64,000 nucleotides of DNA from Candidatus Bathyarchaeota archaeon (GTDB taxonomy: Archaea; Thermoproteota; Bathyarchaeia; Bathyarchaeales; Bathycorpusculaceae), in assembly GCA_963702095.1 (NCBI GenBank), contig OY969706.1, positions 960,001-1,024,000 of the forward strand. Direction: 5' to 3'. The notes beneath the pieces were generated by a model. The model ran no database searches. It had not been told where the DNA came from and worked only from the letters and a program-made list of their open reading frames with translations. Every line of letters starts with the position of its first letter. Position 1 is the first letter of the stretch. The position numbers were made by a program, and so were the translations under genes. Shown piece by piece: positions 1-9,641 of the stretch.

Positions 1-168
1 TGTCCGTAGCAGCCAAACAAAATACAGCAGCTATATGGAAAAACAAGTTCTGCTTCGCTACATGTTGGGCTTTGAAATTTCGGCAGCACCCTCGGAGCCC
101 AAAACAGAGACATATGTTGCCAGACATAATATTCCAAAAAGAGAGAAGGCCCCAAGGAACGCTGGGTC

Positions 169-876
169 ATGCAGCTTGACGAGAAACATTGGGTTTGGGA
201 GTGGGTGCAGCAAGGGCAAGACATTACAGACTCAACAATCTATCGGCTGTACAGTGCTATAGTGGACGAACTGGCGCATCCATCGATACCCGGCGACAAC
301 ATCCTCAAAGCACCGGTTGATATGCCCTCCGACGACCTAATCCCTGTCGTATACCAGCCGAGTGTTGACGCTTTAAAAAATTTTGTCCGCGAAGTCCACT
401 GCGCAAAAGAACCCATCAACCACGACGGCTCCTACACGGTAGAAGTTTCTATTCTCTTCAATAATGAGCGCCTCCGCCAACATGGATTTCTGAATTCTAT
501 CTATGAAGCAATCCGCCGCCTCATTTACGGCAGAATAATGGACCTTGAATCATTCAAAATACTTGTAGCCAAGAACCCTGCAGATGACCGGTTCATTTTC
601 GAGGGGATCTATAGCGGTAATTCGGAAATGAATGAGGATTCAATCCATGGCGATAAGGTGCCGCCGCCTGCCCCCAAGCATCCAGTCAAATACTATTGCA
701 TCGATCGTAACCATCCAGTTGTGTTTATCAACACTTCAAACCATGCAATGGCGGAGCATGATACAAACGATAGAATTTGGAAGTGGGAGTACATCCCCTG
801 GTTAACTGATGCCCCGATAAAGCTTGGTTCCATGTCAAGAAAACAGCTTGAAGAGAGCCTCAAAAAAATTAAGTGA
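169..876 (+). CDS. conserved hypothetical protein
   Basis: 235-aa ORF with globular composition (FINTSNHAMAEHD segment); no family recognised. Confidence 0.7.
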   Translation: MQLDEKHWVWEWVQQGQDITDSTIYRLYSAIVDELAHPSIPGDNILKAPVDMPSDDLIPVVYQPSVDALKNFVREVHCAKEPINHDGSYTVEVSILFNNERLRQHGFLNSIYEAIRRLIYGRIMDLESFKILVAKNPADDRFIFEGIYSGNSEMNEDSIHGDKVPPPAPKHPVKYYCIDRNHPVVFINTSNHAMAEHDTNDRIWKWEYIPWLTDAPIKLGSMSRKQLEESLKKIK

Positions 877-883
877 CAAGGGC

Positions 884-1654
884 TTATTTTTGAATCGCTG
901 AACTGTCCGGTTCCTCATTTTGCAGTGAAAGCATTTTCTTTATGACCCTCAATCCTCGGTCAGTTAAGATGTAGTCTCCTTTGGATGCTTCCTGCGTTAT
1001 CAACTTGGCAGCTGTCAATTTCCGCAGGTGAAACACCAGGTGACCGGCTTTCAACCCTAAATCTCTTGAGAGTTCCGAAAAACTTCTTTTGCCATAGTAA
1101 ACGCGGTCGAGAATGCGGAGGCGCGCATCACTCGATAGGGGCTCAAGCCACACGTCGATTAGGAACGGAATGTTTAGGGCTTGTCCATCGATTGGCATTT
1201 GTGGTTGTTCCACGAGTACGATTTCTTTGTAGGCTCTTTTTTCTCTTTTGAGTATTTTGCCGAAGTTTTGGAAGCAGCCTTCACAGGTGTAGCCTTGGGT
1301 TTTTTCAATCATTTGCTGGTTTTCAACGATTTTTTGCTCGATGTCTGCGATTGCTTCTTTTGAGCTTCCCTTGAGTGCTTTTGCATTTGATTCTATGATG
1401 CTCTTGCATTTTTCGTAGCATTTAGGTTTGCTTTCGCAGCCAGTTCGGAGTATTTCGCCGATTTCTTTGTTGAGGTGCTCTGATCTTTGGTTTGCGTAGA
1501 CTTCGAGGTGGTTTTTTGAGAGGGTTTCTTCGATGTTTCTTAAGCGTTCTCTTAGGACATTGTCTTCGATTTTTGAGATTTCTTTTTTTAGGTTTTTTAC
1601 TTCTTCTTGTAAGCTTTGTAGTGTTTTGAGTGTTTGTGTGTCGTTTGTTTCCAT
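884..1654 (-). CDS. ArsR-family transcriptional regulator with N-terminal coiled-coil/Cys-containing domain
   Basis: C-terminal wHTH (EPLSSDARLRIL...FSELSRDLGLKAGHLVFHLRKL...GDYILTDRG); Cys clusters CESKPKC and CEGC. Confidence 0.8.
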   Translation of the reverse strand: METNDTQTLKTLQSLQEEVKNLKKEISKIEDNVLRERLRNIEETLSKNHLEVYANQRSEHLNKEIGEILRTGCESKPKCYEKCKSIIESNAKALKGSSKEAIADIEQKIVENQQMIEKTQGYTCEGCFQNFGKILKREKRAYKEIVLVEQPQMPIDGQALNIPFLIDVWLEPLSSDARLRILDRVYYGKRSFSELSRDLGLKAGHLVFHLRKLTAAKLITQEASKGDYILTDRGLRVIKKMLSLQNEEPDSSAIQK

Positions 1655-1735
1655 GGGTGGTGGTCTCTGTTGGTATATTTCAATTCCCTAAATGTATATT
1701 TACACTATTTATCTTTACTCTTTTCGGTGAAAAAA

Positions 1736-2137
1736 ATGGTACAAATACCCAAAGAAGTAATGGACACATTAGCCGCAGCAGACTCCGCCAAAATGCTCGC
1801 AACCGCAGACGCAAAAGGCACCCCCAACGTAGTCCCAGTCTGGAGCATAACCCCTGTCGACCCAGAAACAGTAGCCTTCGCAGAACTCTTCGTCAAACAC
1901 ACAAAACAAAACCTCCAAGAAAACAATAAAGTAGCAATCGCCGTATTCAAAGGACCCACCACTGGATACCAACTAAAAGGAACCTTCACGGGATTCCAAA
2001 CCTCAGGGCCAATATTTGAGGCTTTTTCAAAAAAAGTCATGGAAGCAATGAACATGCAAATCAAGAGCGTGGGCATAATCAAGGTAGACGATGTCTTTTC
2101 GGCTTCACCGGGGCAGGACAGCAAAAAACTAGCATAA
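1736..2137 (+). CDS. pyridoxamine 5'-phosphate oxidase-like FMN-binding protein
   Basis: LATADAKGTPNVVP, KHTKQNLQENNKVAI and GYQLKG motifs; ATG at 1736 preceded by GGTGA. Confidence 0.85.
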   Translation: MVQIPKEVMDTLAAADSAKMLATADAKGTPNVVPVWSITPVDPETVAFAELFVKHTKQNLQENNKVAIAVFKGPTTGYQLKGTFTGFQTSGPIFEAFSKKVMEAMNMQIKSVGIIKVDDVFSASPGQDSKKLA

Positions 2138-2262
2138 ACACAGCAATCGGAGACAACCCGACAGCCAATGCATGAACCTGTGCCCGTTGAACGGTGACTA
2201 CAAGAGGACGGATATTGTGCGGAAAGCATCTTTAATTAAAGAGAAACCATGGAGGAGATAGC

Positions 2263-2439
2263 ATGACCGGAGAATTTGAGAAACAACTAAAAGAACAAGT
2301 AAATGAAAAAGAAACCGCTGATAAGCTACTGGAACTCGTAAACGCTGCCGGGAAAGAATTCCCCTGTTTATCCTGTCCTTCCAGAAACGAGTGCGGGAGT
2401 TTTAGCTGGTTTATCAAGTGGTTTGGAACAATCACATAG
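2263..2439 (+). CDS. small Cys-containing protein (58 aa), not in ORF track
   Basis: MTGEFEKQLKEQVNEKETADKLLELVNAAGKEFPCLSCPSRNECGSFSWFIKWFGTIT; GGAGG at 2251-2255. Confidence 0.65.
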   Translation: MTGEFEKQLKEQVNEKETADKLLELVNAAGKEFPCLSCPSRNECGSFSWFIKWFGTIT

Positions 2440-3249
2440 GGACAACAGGTTCATGGGTTGGTAGCACATTCGGCGCGCGAGTTCTCCTCAGCAACGAAAC
2501 CGCAAGCACCGCAATCAACACGGCAGCCACAGTAATTGCCGCTACTTCGGTAAGCAAAACCACGTTATCGTTGCCCCTGTGGTTGACACCTATACCTACT
2601 AAAGCCCAAATAATAACCAAGGCGTATGCGTAGTCTTTTCTGGTTCCAAGCATAAGTAGGGTAATCAATACGGCGATGGCTACTACAACGATGGCCCAGG
2701 CTTTCAGGGCTGAGTCCAAAGCCGTCCCAGTTAATTGAGGTTAAAGCGGCGGCGACATTTGCAATCGTGGCCACGGTTATCCATCCTAAATAGACGCTGA
2801 AGGGGAGATGAACGGCAAGTTTTTCCTTTAAATCGACTTTTGACTTGCCTATGCCTAGCTGGAAGTAGATTGTAATCAATGTTAAGAGTAGCGCAAAAAT
2901 AATCAGAACAGATAGACCGAAAAATTCGTATTGCCAAACAAAAATCCACAAGACGTTGATTATGCTGCTTAGGATGAAAAGCCAGCTTATCCTATTCTGG
3001 TACTCCTTATGCTTTTGGCTGGGTAATGCCTGATAAACAACGAAAACCCCTAGGCAGGACGTAGATGATGCCCCATATGGCGAAAACGTAACCCGCGGGA
3101 GTTACGAGCGTGGGGTATTTGTCTGAGATTTGCGCTGTGTTAGTGCCGCCGATGAGTGTGGTGCTGCCTGCTAAACTGTTGATAATTACGGTTAGGGCAA
3201 AAAAGACAATGTTTGCATACCGTAGAAGACTTGAACCCTGTTTAGACAA
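2432..3249 (-). CDS. TspO/MBR-like tryptophan-rich membrane protein, split by two frameshifts (~3053, ~2702)
   Basis: ISDKYPTLVTPAGYVFAIWGIIY, PFSVYLGWITVATIANV and YALVIIWALVGI lie in three frames; removing one base at each site restores one ORF. Confidence 0.75.
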
Positions 3250-3660
3250 GAAAAATCCCTGTTAATTTAACGTTTTATTTGATATTTAAAACATTCCATG
3301 CGTTTGATTCTAATGCTGCTATAGGGGGTTACTGCATGTGTTTTAGCGGTTGAATATTATTTTGTCTCCTCGTCTCACGGTTTGAGTCGATTATGCCCTA
3401 TGTAGCCCCGACCTATGTGCAATAGCACTGAGAGCATTGCTGATGATTGAGGGTTGGCTCAAAAGGCGGAACGCCCTTTTATAGAACGTACACGTAAAGA
3501 GCGTTTTTTCTCTGAAGTAACGCAGCAAACCTCTCTTGTTTGAGCCTATGGTGATGAGTGTGCTTTTAGGACAGCAAAAGCAAATCATGACTTTGCGCCT
3601 AACGCTCTGATGCTATGCTTGCCTAAGCATGCGCGCCGAAATTAACTATCTGCGCAGTGT

Positions 3661-3996
3661 TCAACGGCTCTCTTGGCTCCCTTTTAGACCAATATTAGAT
3701 GTCAAAGTGATGCGTCTTTTTTGTAGTTCTGCTTTAGTTTGCTTATCTGACTCACGTTTTATTGCTTCCTCCAATAGCGCAATTGCGGATTTGACGCTGT
3801 TATCCCCGAATTTTCTTGCAAACATACTTTGGGGTTTACCTTTGTCGAAGATTCTTTTTGGTAAGATGCAGACAAAGTTTGAGGGGTAACCAGAACTTTT
3901 GTTTGAGTCGATTAAGGCTAAGCGGTATTTTCCACTATTATCGCCTTTCTCGTAGGGTTTGAAGACTTGTAACTTGTAATTAGGCATGTTAAGCAC
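3661..3996 (-). CDS. hypothetical protein
   Basis: 111-aa basic ORF; no family recognised. Confidence 0.6.
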   Translation of the reverse strand: MLNMPNYKLQVFKPYEKGDNSGKYRLALIDSNKSSGYPSNFVCILPKRIFDKGKPQSMFARKFGDNSVKSAIALLEEAIKRESDKQTKAELQKRRITLTSNIGLKGSQESR

Positions 3997-4107
3997 TTTG
4001 AGTCTTAAACCTTGATTTTTCTATATTGCTTATGAGCATACTCTAAATAGTTCTACATTATTAAGCAAGTTATAGTTCAGTTTTAACTCATGTGTATTTG
4101 CTAATTG

Positions 4108-4428
4108 CTAAATCGGGATAGCCCCGATGAGGACCGATTCCTTTAGTGATGGACTTAGATAATTCTTTGATACCAAGTTTACCTGTGTGCCTAGTTCTTT
4201 CTTAAGAAATTTAGTTAATTTAGTTAATTCTGTGAAATCTAATGGTTCAGAATATGTTAGCAGTAAGCCTATATCGCTTTCCTCATCGGCTTCATCGGTT
4301 GCGTAGCAACCAAACAAGTCTATTGTAGCGACGTAAAAGTTTTCAGATAAGAACGGCTTTAACTCTTGCAGTTTCCGAATGATTTTGCCCTTATCAAGTA
4401 TGGGTCCCTCACCTTCTCCACCAAACAC
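4108..4428 (-). CDS. minimal nucleotidyltransferase (MNT) family protein with degenerate active site
   Basis: LFGCYATDEADEESDIGLL aligns to GSxARG...SDID; ELGTQVNLV aligns to LGRxVDLV. Confidence 0.75.
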   Translation of the reverse strand: MFGGEGEGPILDKGKIIRKLQELKPFLSENFYVATIDLFGCYATDEADEESDIGLLLTYSEPLDFTELTKLTKFLKKELGTQVNLVSKNYLSPSLKESVLIGAIPI

Positions 4429-4532
4429 TTGCTTTTAATGTGTTTAAAAGCTTGTTTAAGAAAACACTGCTTCTGGATGGAAAAGAAAGGACGAACTAAC
4501 AAATACGCTGATCAGCCACTAGCAGGGAGCAG

Positions 4533-4600
4533 AGCCGCCTGCCAAGCCCATGGGAAGAAGAAGAGTAAGGGACGCTCTGCCTTCATCTAACACTAGAAAA
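4533..4600 (+). repeat. dispersed intergenic repeat, 3' half copy
   Basis: GCCGCCTGCCAAGCCC...AAGAAGAGTAAGGG...CTTCATCTAACACTAGAAAA matches the 3' half of the copy at 19191. Confidence 0.55.
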
Positions 4601-4670
4601 CAGTTTTTGTCGACAAAGAAACGATAGACTATACAATAAAGAAAGAAGACGGAAGAGAGTAAATCTCTCT

Positions 4671-4895
4671 TTAGTATGGCTCTTTTTTACCAGTTGCGTA
4701 TGCCCAGATGCCGACTATAGCGACAGTTAAGACTGCTCCCGCAAAACCAGCAACTATAAAGCTTGATAGAGCGGATAAAGATGGCAAAACCAGTGCTAAC
4801 CACGGAATAAGGTATGTTGCTGTGACTTGCGCTAAGACGCCAGCTACGAAACCGATGAGCGCAATTAAGCCGAATATTTTTAGTCTACTAGTCAT
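4671..4895 (-). CDS. small two-TM membrane protein
   Basis: 74 aa with two hydrophobic helices; AGGTGA upstream of the ATG. Confidence 0.7.
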   Translation of the reverse strand: MTSRLKIFGLIALIGFVAGVLAQVTATYLIPWLALVLPSLSALSSFIVAGFAGAVLTVAIVGIWAYATGKKEPY

Positions 4896-5027
4896 TTAAT
4901 TCACCTTTTAATAGTGGATTGGATAGCGGTTCTTTTTAGGCTAACTTACACATTTATGTATAAACTTGCAGGCGCCAACTCCGTCTTTAACTCTTCTAGT
5001 TAAAGCTCAATGGATGTTTTAGCAGTA

Positions 5028-5049
5028 CGTATATCCGTACATATATACG
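5028..5049. promoter_or_regulatory. inverted repeat upstream of the cdv operon
   Basis: CGTATAT-N8-ATATACG, ending about 70 nt upstream of ATG 5121. Confidence 0.4.
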
Positions 5050-5120
5050 AGCATATTGTAGCCATATTAACAATGTATAACTCGCTTTTCTGCATTCTAC
5101 GCGTGGTAGAGGTATCCTAA

Positions 5121-5777
5121 ATGTCAGAAAGATTCGCTAAAAAGTGGGAAAGTAAACGGGATGAAGAACCCATCACAAACCGCATCAGAGACACAGTTAA
5201 ACCGCCAGGACCACTAAAACCAAGACTTGACTTCGCCGTTAGACGCATCGAACTCCAAGTGCAAAAACTCGACCAAGCTAACGACAGATTCGGCCAACGT
5301 GACAAAGCAATCTTCGCACGCATCGTCGATGCATACACAAAACATGACAGTGCACGCGCCAACGTCTTTGCAAACGAGCTAGCTGAAGTTAGAAAAATGT
5401 CAAAGTTAATTATGAATGCTAAACTTGCTCTTGAGCAAATCACTTTACGGTTAAGAACAGTTTCAGAGTTAGGCGACGTAGTTTCAACACTCGGCCCAGC
5501 AGTCGGTGTTCTACGCTCTGTCAGATCAGGCTTAGTCAGTGTGTTCCCAGAAGCAGAAAATGAGCTTGGCGAAATCGGCAACATGCTAAGCGGCATCATG
5601 ATCGAAGCAGGCCAAGGCAGCGGAATGACATTAAACTTCGACACAGTAAACGAAGACGCATCAAAGATACTCACCGAAGCAGCAACCGTTGCAGAACAGA
5701 AAATCAAAGACAAATTCCCAGACCTACCCCCAGGAATGCCCGCTTCCCCAGCATCTCAAGCAGATAAAACATTCTAA
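5121..5777 (+). CDS. ESCRT-III / Snf7-family protein (CdvB paralogue, no wHTH)
   Basis: Snf7 helical core (ANELAEVRKM...ALEQITLRLRTVSELGD) and C-terminal Pro-rich FPDLPP; first gene of the cdv operon. Confidence 0.9.
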   Translation: MSERFAKKWESKRDEEPITNRIRDTVKPPGPLKPRLDFAVRRIELQVQKLDQANDRFGQRDKAIFARIVDAYTKHDSARANVFANELAEVRKMSKLIMNAKLALEQITLRLRTVSELGDVVSTLGPAVGVLRSVRSGLVSVFPEAENELGEIGNMLSGIMIEAGQGSGMTLNFDTVNEDASKILTEAATVAEQKIKDKFPDLPPGMPASPASQADKTF

Positions 5778-5794
5778 AAAAGGAGAAAAACAAA

Positions 5795-6514
5795 ATGTCT
5801 AACTCCAATCTTTTTCTTTCTATTGGCAAACCAATAAAGAACGAATACGGACGAATAATCGGCAAAGTTGCCTCCTTCGCATTAACCCCCAACGGCAAAT
5901 TCGACGGAGTATACATCGAGTTTGGCGACGGTCAATTCTCCAAACAGCCCATGGACAGCCTACGATTCAATGGCGCTGAAATCACCTTTGTCTCCAAAAT
6001 CAAGTCACAAGCCGGCACACTGTGCGACCAAATCCCCCTCATCTGGCGCAAAGATGAAGCCTTAAAAGACTTAGTTGACAAAAAGAAGATTACACCGGAG
6101 ATTTACCAGGAACTTCACAGCAGCTTCGAAAACGTGCTAAATCAACTTAAAAAAGAAGCCCAAGTCATCATTGACGAATCATCCATAGAAATCGAGCGTT
6201 GCCAAGAAGAAATCACATCACTGAGTTATGCAATCGCTAACCTCGAAATCGAGCATGAAATCGGCAAAGTTGACGAAGAAAGTTACAAAGCAGCATTTAC
6301 AATACTCCAAGAAACACTCCGACGTGCAACTTCAGAGAAAACCGACTACGACCTTACCAAGAGCCGTCTATCCAGTGTACTCTTAGGTGAACAATCTCTG
6401 TTGCCCCCCAAAACCAACAAGATCTACGCTGAAACCGTCACCAACAACAGCACCAGGCTGCCTGAACCCCCAGTTGTCGTTTACGTGAAAGAAATAGGGA
6501 AAACCGGTATCTAA
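5795..6514 (+). CDS. cdvA: cell division protein CdvA
   Basis: N-terminal PRC-barrel-like IGKPIKNEYGRIIGKV, coiled coil and C-terminal beta-strand PVVVYV; located between ESCRT-III genes. Confidence 0.85.
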   Translation: MSNSNLFLSIGKPIKNEYGRIIGKVASFALTPNGKFDGVYIEFGDGQFSKQPMDSLRFNGAEITFVSKIKSQAGTLCDQIPLIWRKDEALKDLVDKKKITPEIYQELHSSFENVLNQLKKEAQVIIDESSIEIERCQEEITSLSYAIANLEIEHEIGKVDEESYKAAFTILQETLRRATSEKTDYDLTKSRLSSVLLGEQSLLPPKTNKIYAETVTNNSTRLPEPPVVVYVKEIGKTGI

Positions 6515-6552
6515 GGCAAAACGCGACACGATGGGAGTATGGAGGGACAACC

Positions 6553-7467
6553 ATGAAAAGCTTCACCAACCAATCCCCTCCTCCTATCCGTGAAGTCGCG
6601 TCCAAATCTATTTATACATTAAAAGTCCAGCAGAACAAGCTTGAACAAGCAAGTTTCCGCCTCAAAGAGCGAGACCGCATTCTTTTTGAAACGTGCATGG
6701 GCGCACTCAAAAAGAACAACAAAGAAAAAGCGGCTATGTGTGCTACCGAGATTGCAGAAGTCCGCAAACTAGTCAAATTTCTCTACAACGTCCAGTTAGC
6801 CATTGAACGTGTAGTTATGCGTCTTGAAACCATAAAAGAACTAGGTGACATCGTTGCTGACCTCAAACCAGCCCTGCGCCTGCTTCAAGGCGTTTCACAA
6901 GACCTTTTCCAAGTGTTACCTGACGTTAGCACAGAATTAAACAACGTTAACTCTGCCATCCAAGACACACTTCAACAAACCAAGCTCACCTCAGACGAGA
7001 ATTTGGTGCCGGTTGGCAGAAAAACCGAGGCAGGCGACGAAATCCTCAAAGAAGTCTCCTGTTTCATGGAACAAAAACTCGCTGAAACCCTGCCTGAACC
7101 TCCAGTTACCGCTTTAGTCAAAGAGACAGCAACTGTAAAACCGACCCCCATACGCGAAATGGTTGCGTTAACAGCGAGTTCTTCGCAGGTGTTTGGTCAA
7201 AAAATCCATGAGGAGTCAGGCTTTGACCCAGAGAAAACCTTGTTCTCATATAAGAAATCGGAGATCAAGGAGTTCTCGGTTAAAGTTGAGAAGCCCACGC
7301 CTAATCTTGAAGAGGTTCTTCTCGAATACGTGCGTAAAACTAACGGTGAAATCGATTTAGGAAGATGCTCCTCGGAGTTGAAAACTTCCAACGCGGATAT
7401 CGAGCGTGCCTTAGAGAACCTGGGAACCCAGGGTAAAATCAAGATTGAATTACGTTCGCCTGAATAA
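6553..7467 (+). CDS. cdvB: cell division protein CdvB (ESCRT-III with C-terminal wHTH)
   Basis: Snf7 core, MIM2-like LPEPP and C-terminal wHTH (LLEYVRKTNGEIDL...LGTQGKIKI). Confidence 0.88.
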   Translation: MKSFTNQSPPPIREVASKSIYTLKVQQNKLEQASFRLKERDRILFETCMGALKKNNKEKAAMCATEIAEVRKLVKFLYNVQLAIERVVMRLETIKELGDIVADLKPALRLLQGVSQDLFQVLPDVSTELNNVNSAIQDTLQQTKLTSDENLVPVGRKTEAGDEILKEVSCFMEQKLAETLPEPPVTALVKETATVKPTPIREMVALTASSSQVFGQKIHEESGFDPEKTLFSYKKSEIKEFSVKVEKPTPNLEEVLLEYVRKTNGEIDLGRCSSELKTSNADIERALENLGTQGKIKIELRSPE

Positions 7468-7496
7468 GTGAGAGAGAAAGGAGAGACACATCACAA

Positions 7497-8684
7497 ATGA
7501 GCGCTTCAAACGAGTTAGAAAAAGCGGCAACAGCCTACGCGCTGGATGCTGTGCGACTGGATAAGCAGGGGCAGAAAGGCAGAGCAATAACCCTCTACCA
7601 AAAAGCTATCGAAAGTCTTCTGCAGTTAGTTCAACTTTACCCTGAATACGGTTTAAACAAAGTTTACGTTCAGCGGGCAATTGCCTATCAAGAACGTATC
7701 AAATCCCTTCAGGGCTCTGTTTCATCGCATGAGATGAATCAAGCAGCCGCTGAAGAGGCCCAAGGAGACGGAGGAGCAGCAACCATGGAAGGAAACGGAG
7801 GTTTAGCAAAACCCAATAGCGAAGAACTCGTAATTACCGAGAAACCCAAAGTTAACTGGGGCGAAGTTGTCGGTTTAGAAGTTGCTAAAAAAGCCGTCAA
7901 AGAAGCCATCGTTTACCCGGTGCAGCGTCCGGATCTGTTTCCGCTGGGTTGGCCACGCGGGATTTTGCTGTTTGGTCCTCCTGGCTGCGGCAAGACCTTG
8001 TTGGCTGCGGCGGTTGCAACGGAGATTGACGCTAATTTTTACTCGATTGATGCGGCGTCGATTATGTCTAAGTGGCTGGGTGAGGCTGAGCAGAACGTTG
8101 CTAAACTTTTTGGGTCTGCTCGTAAATCGGCTACTGACGGGCGACCGGCGATTGTGTTTGTGGACGAGTTGGATTCGCTTATGGGTAACCACAGTAACGA
8201 GGTGGGCGGCGAAATCCGTGTTAAGAACCAGTTCCTAAAAGAGATGGATGGCATTGTTGACAAGGGCAAAGCACTCCACGTCTACGTTATAGGCGCCACG
8301 AACAAGCCCTGGGATCTGGATTGGGCGTTTATTCGAAGGTTCCAAAAACGCATCCTTGTCCCGTTGGCTGATCACTCTACACGCTTAAACATGCTAAAAC
8401 ACTACACTGGAACACTGCAGATCGCTTCAGATGTGGATTTGCATGAGTTGGCTCGGCTTTCCGAGGGTTTCAGTGGAAGCGACATACGTGATGTCTGTCA
8501 ATCTGCGCAGTTGAGTTTGATCGGTGAATTTTTCGAGTCCGGTCAAGCAACCGATAAAGAGGCGAAGCCGCGTGCGTTGACGATGGCTGATTTCCGCCAG
8601 ATCCTCGAAGAACGCAAGCCCTCTGTGTCGCTGGATATGTTGACAAGCTACAACCGCTGGTTCGACGCGTTTAAGGCACTTTAG
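7497..8684 (+). CDS. cdvC: CdvC / Vps4 AAA+ ATPase
   Basis: N-terminal MIT domain, Walker A GPPGCGKT, Walker B FVDELD, SKWLGE pore loop, ATNKPWDLD and RRFQKRI. Confidence 0.95.
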   Translation: MSASNELEKAATAYALDAVRLDKQGQKGRAITLYQKAIESLLQLVQLYPEYGLNKVYVQRAIAYQERIKSLQGSVSSHEMNQAAAEEAQGDGGAATMEGNGGLAKPNSEELVITEKPKVNWGEVVGLEVAKKAVKEAIVYPVQRPDLFPLGWPRGILLFGPPGCGKTLLAAAVATEIDANFYSIDAASIMSKWLGEAEQNVAKLFGSARKSATDGRPAIVFVDELDSLMGNHSNEVGGEIRVKNQFLKEMDGIVDKGKALHVYVIGATNKPWDLDWAFIRRFQKRILVPLADHSTRLNMLKHYTGTLQIASDVDLHELARLSEGFSGSDIRDVCQSAQLSLIGEFFESGQATDKEAKPRALTMADFRQILEERKPSVSLDMLTSYNRWFDAFKAL

Positions 8685-9309
8685 GAGGAAAGAATGGAAA
8701 AGGCAACAATCAAAGGCAAGGGTTGAGTGGAAAGGTCTGGAGCACAATAATTTTTGCACGCTCTCCCTTCTCCCCCCCTCAAACCACTCCAAACCCCACA
8801 AACAACCCGCCTTTGAAACTTGCCCTCCAAACTCCTTTCTCTGCTGCTCTGCCGAGGACCCCCTCCCCTTATTTGAAGGGTAAATCAGTTTTCTCCTTTT
8901 ATGTGGGTGTGGCGGTTTACGGGGTTCCACAAGATTGCAACTGGGGGCGGTTGCTTCTTTGGTTTACAATTGTTTTCAGTGCCTGTTTTCATGTGGGAAG
9001 TGTGTTTTTCTTCACATGGGTTAAATGGTTCAATGCAGGGGCGGTCGCGATGTGTGTGAATGCATGTATCGTTTGTCTTTTTAGCGTTGCAGTGAACGGC
9101 AATGGTCAGTGCAATGCAGTGGGCACTAGGCATGGACCTTCGAAAGGTTGAATTATCTCCAAACAAGTTGGCAGTCGCCCCTCACAGACCAAGCCAACAA
9201 CCAAAACCCCCTCCCACTCCACATCTGTGGTACCCCCGATGCCCCGGCTTCATGCACCTGGAACCTCACAATAACATATAACCGCCAAAACTTGGAGGTG
9301 TAGCCAAAC

Positions 9310-9453
9310 ATGAAAGTGATAGATTTAACTTGCCCAACATGCGGAACCTCAATAATACAAAGCAGATGCAAAGACTGCCGAAAACGAAAAATACGCAGCT
9401 AATGCCAAAAATGCGGTGATACCGTGCCAAATCCAGAGTATGGCGACCCATAA
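9310..9453 (+). pseudogene. small zinc-ribbon protein with an internal TAA (9400-9402)
   Basis: MKVIDLTCPTCGTSIIQSRCKDCRKRKIRS*CQKCGDTVPNPEYGDP; three CxxC pairs; GGAGGTG RBS at 9294-9300. Confidence 0.55.
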
Positions 9454-9641
9454 ACAACGAAAGGATGTGAACTGATGGGCTGTGTAATGAGACTCTACAT
9501 TCTAATTAAGAGGCATGTGGAAGAGATAGCGCTGGAGCACCCTGCTAGTAGCTGTGTGAAAAAGGGAAAGAAAAAACGAAAACTATCTCTCTTGCCTTTT
9601 TTTAAGTAAATTATATTACATCGATTATAGTATTTTATCGC

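Noticed and set aside
35-262. Independent 75-aa gene
   Set aside because: It lies at the window edge and overlaps 169..876; it may be the tail of an upstream gene and cannot be supported here
9400-9402. Selenocysteine or pyrrolysine readthrough of in-frame stops (also 30704-30706)
   Set aside because: Both stops are TAA, which is not recoded
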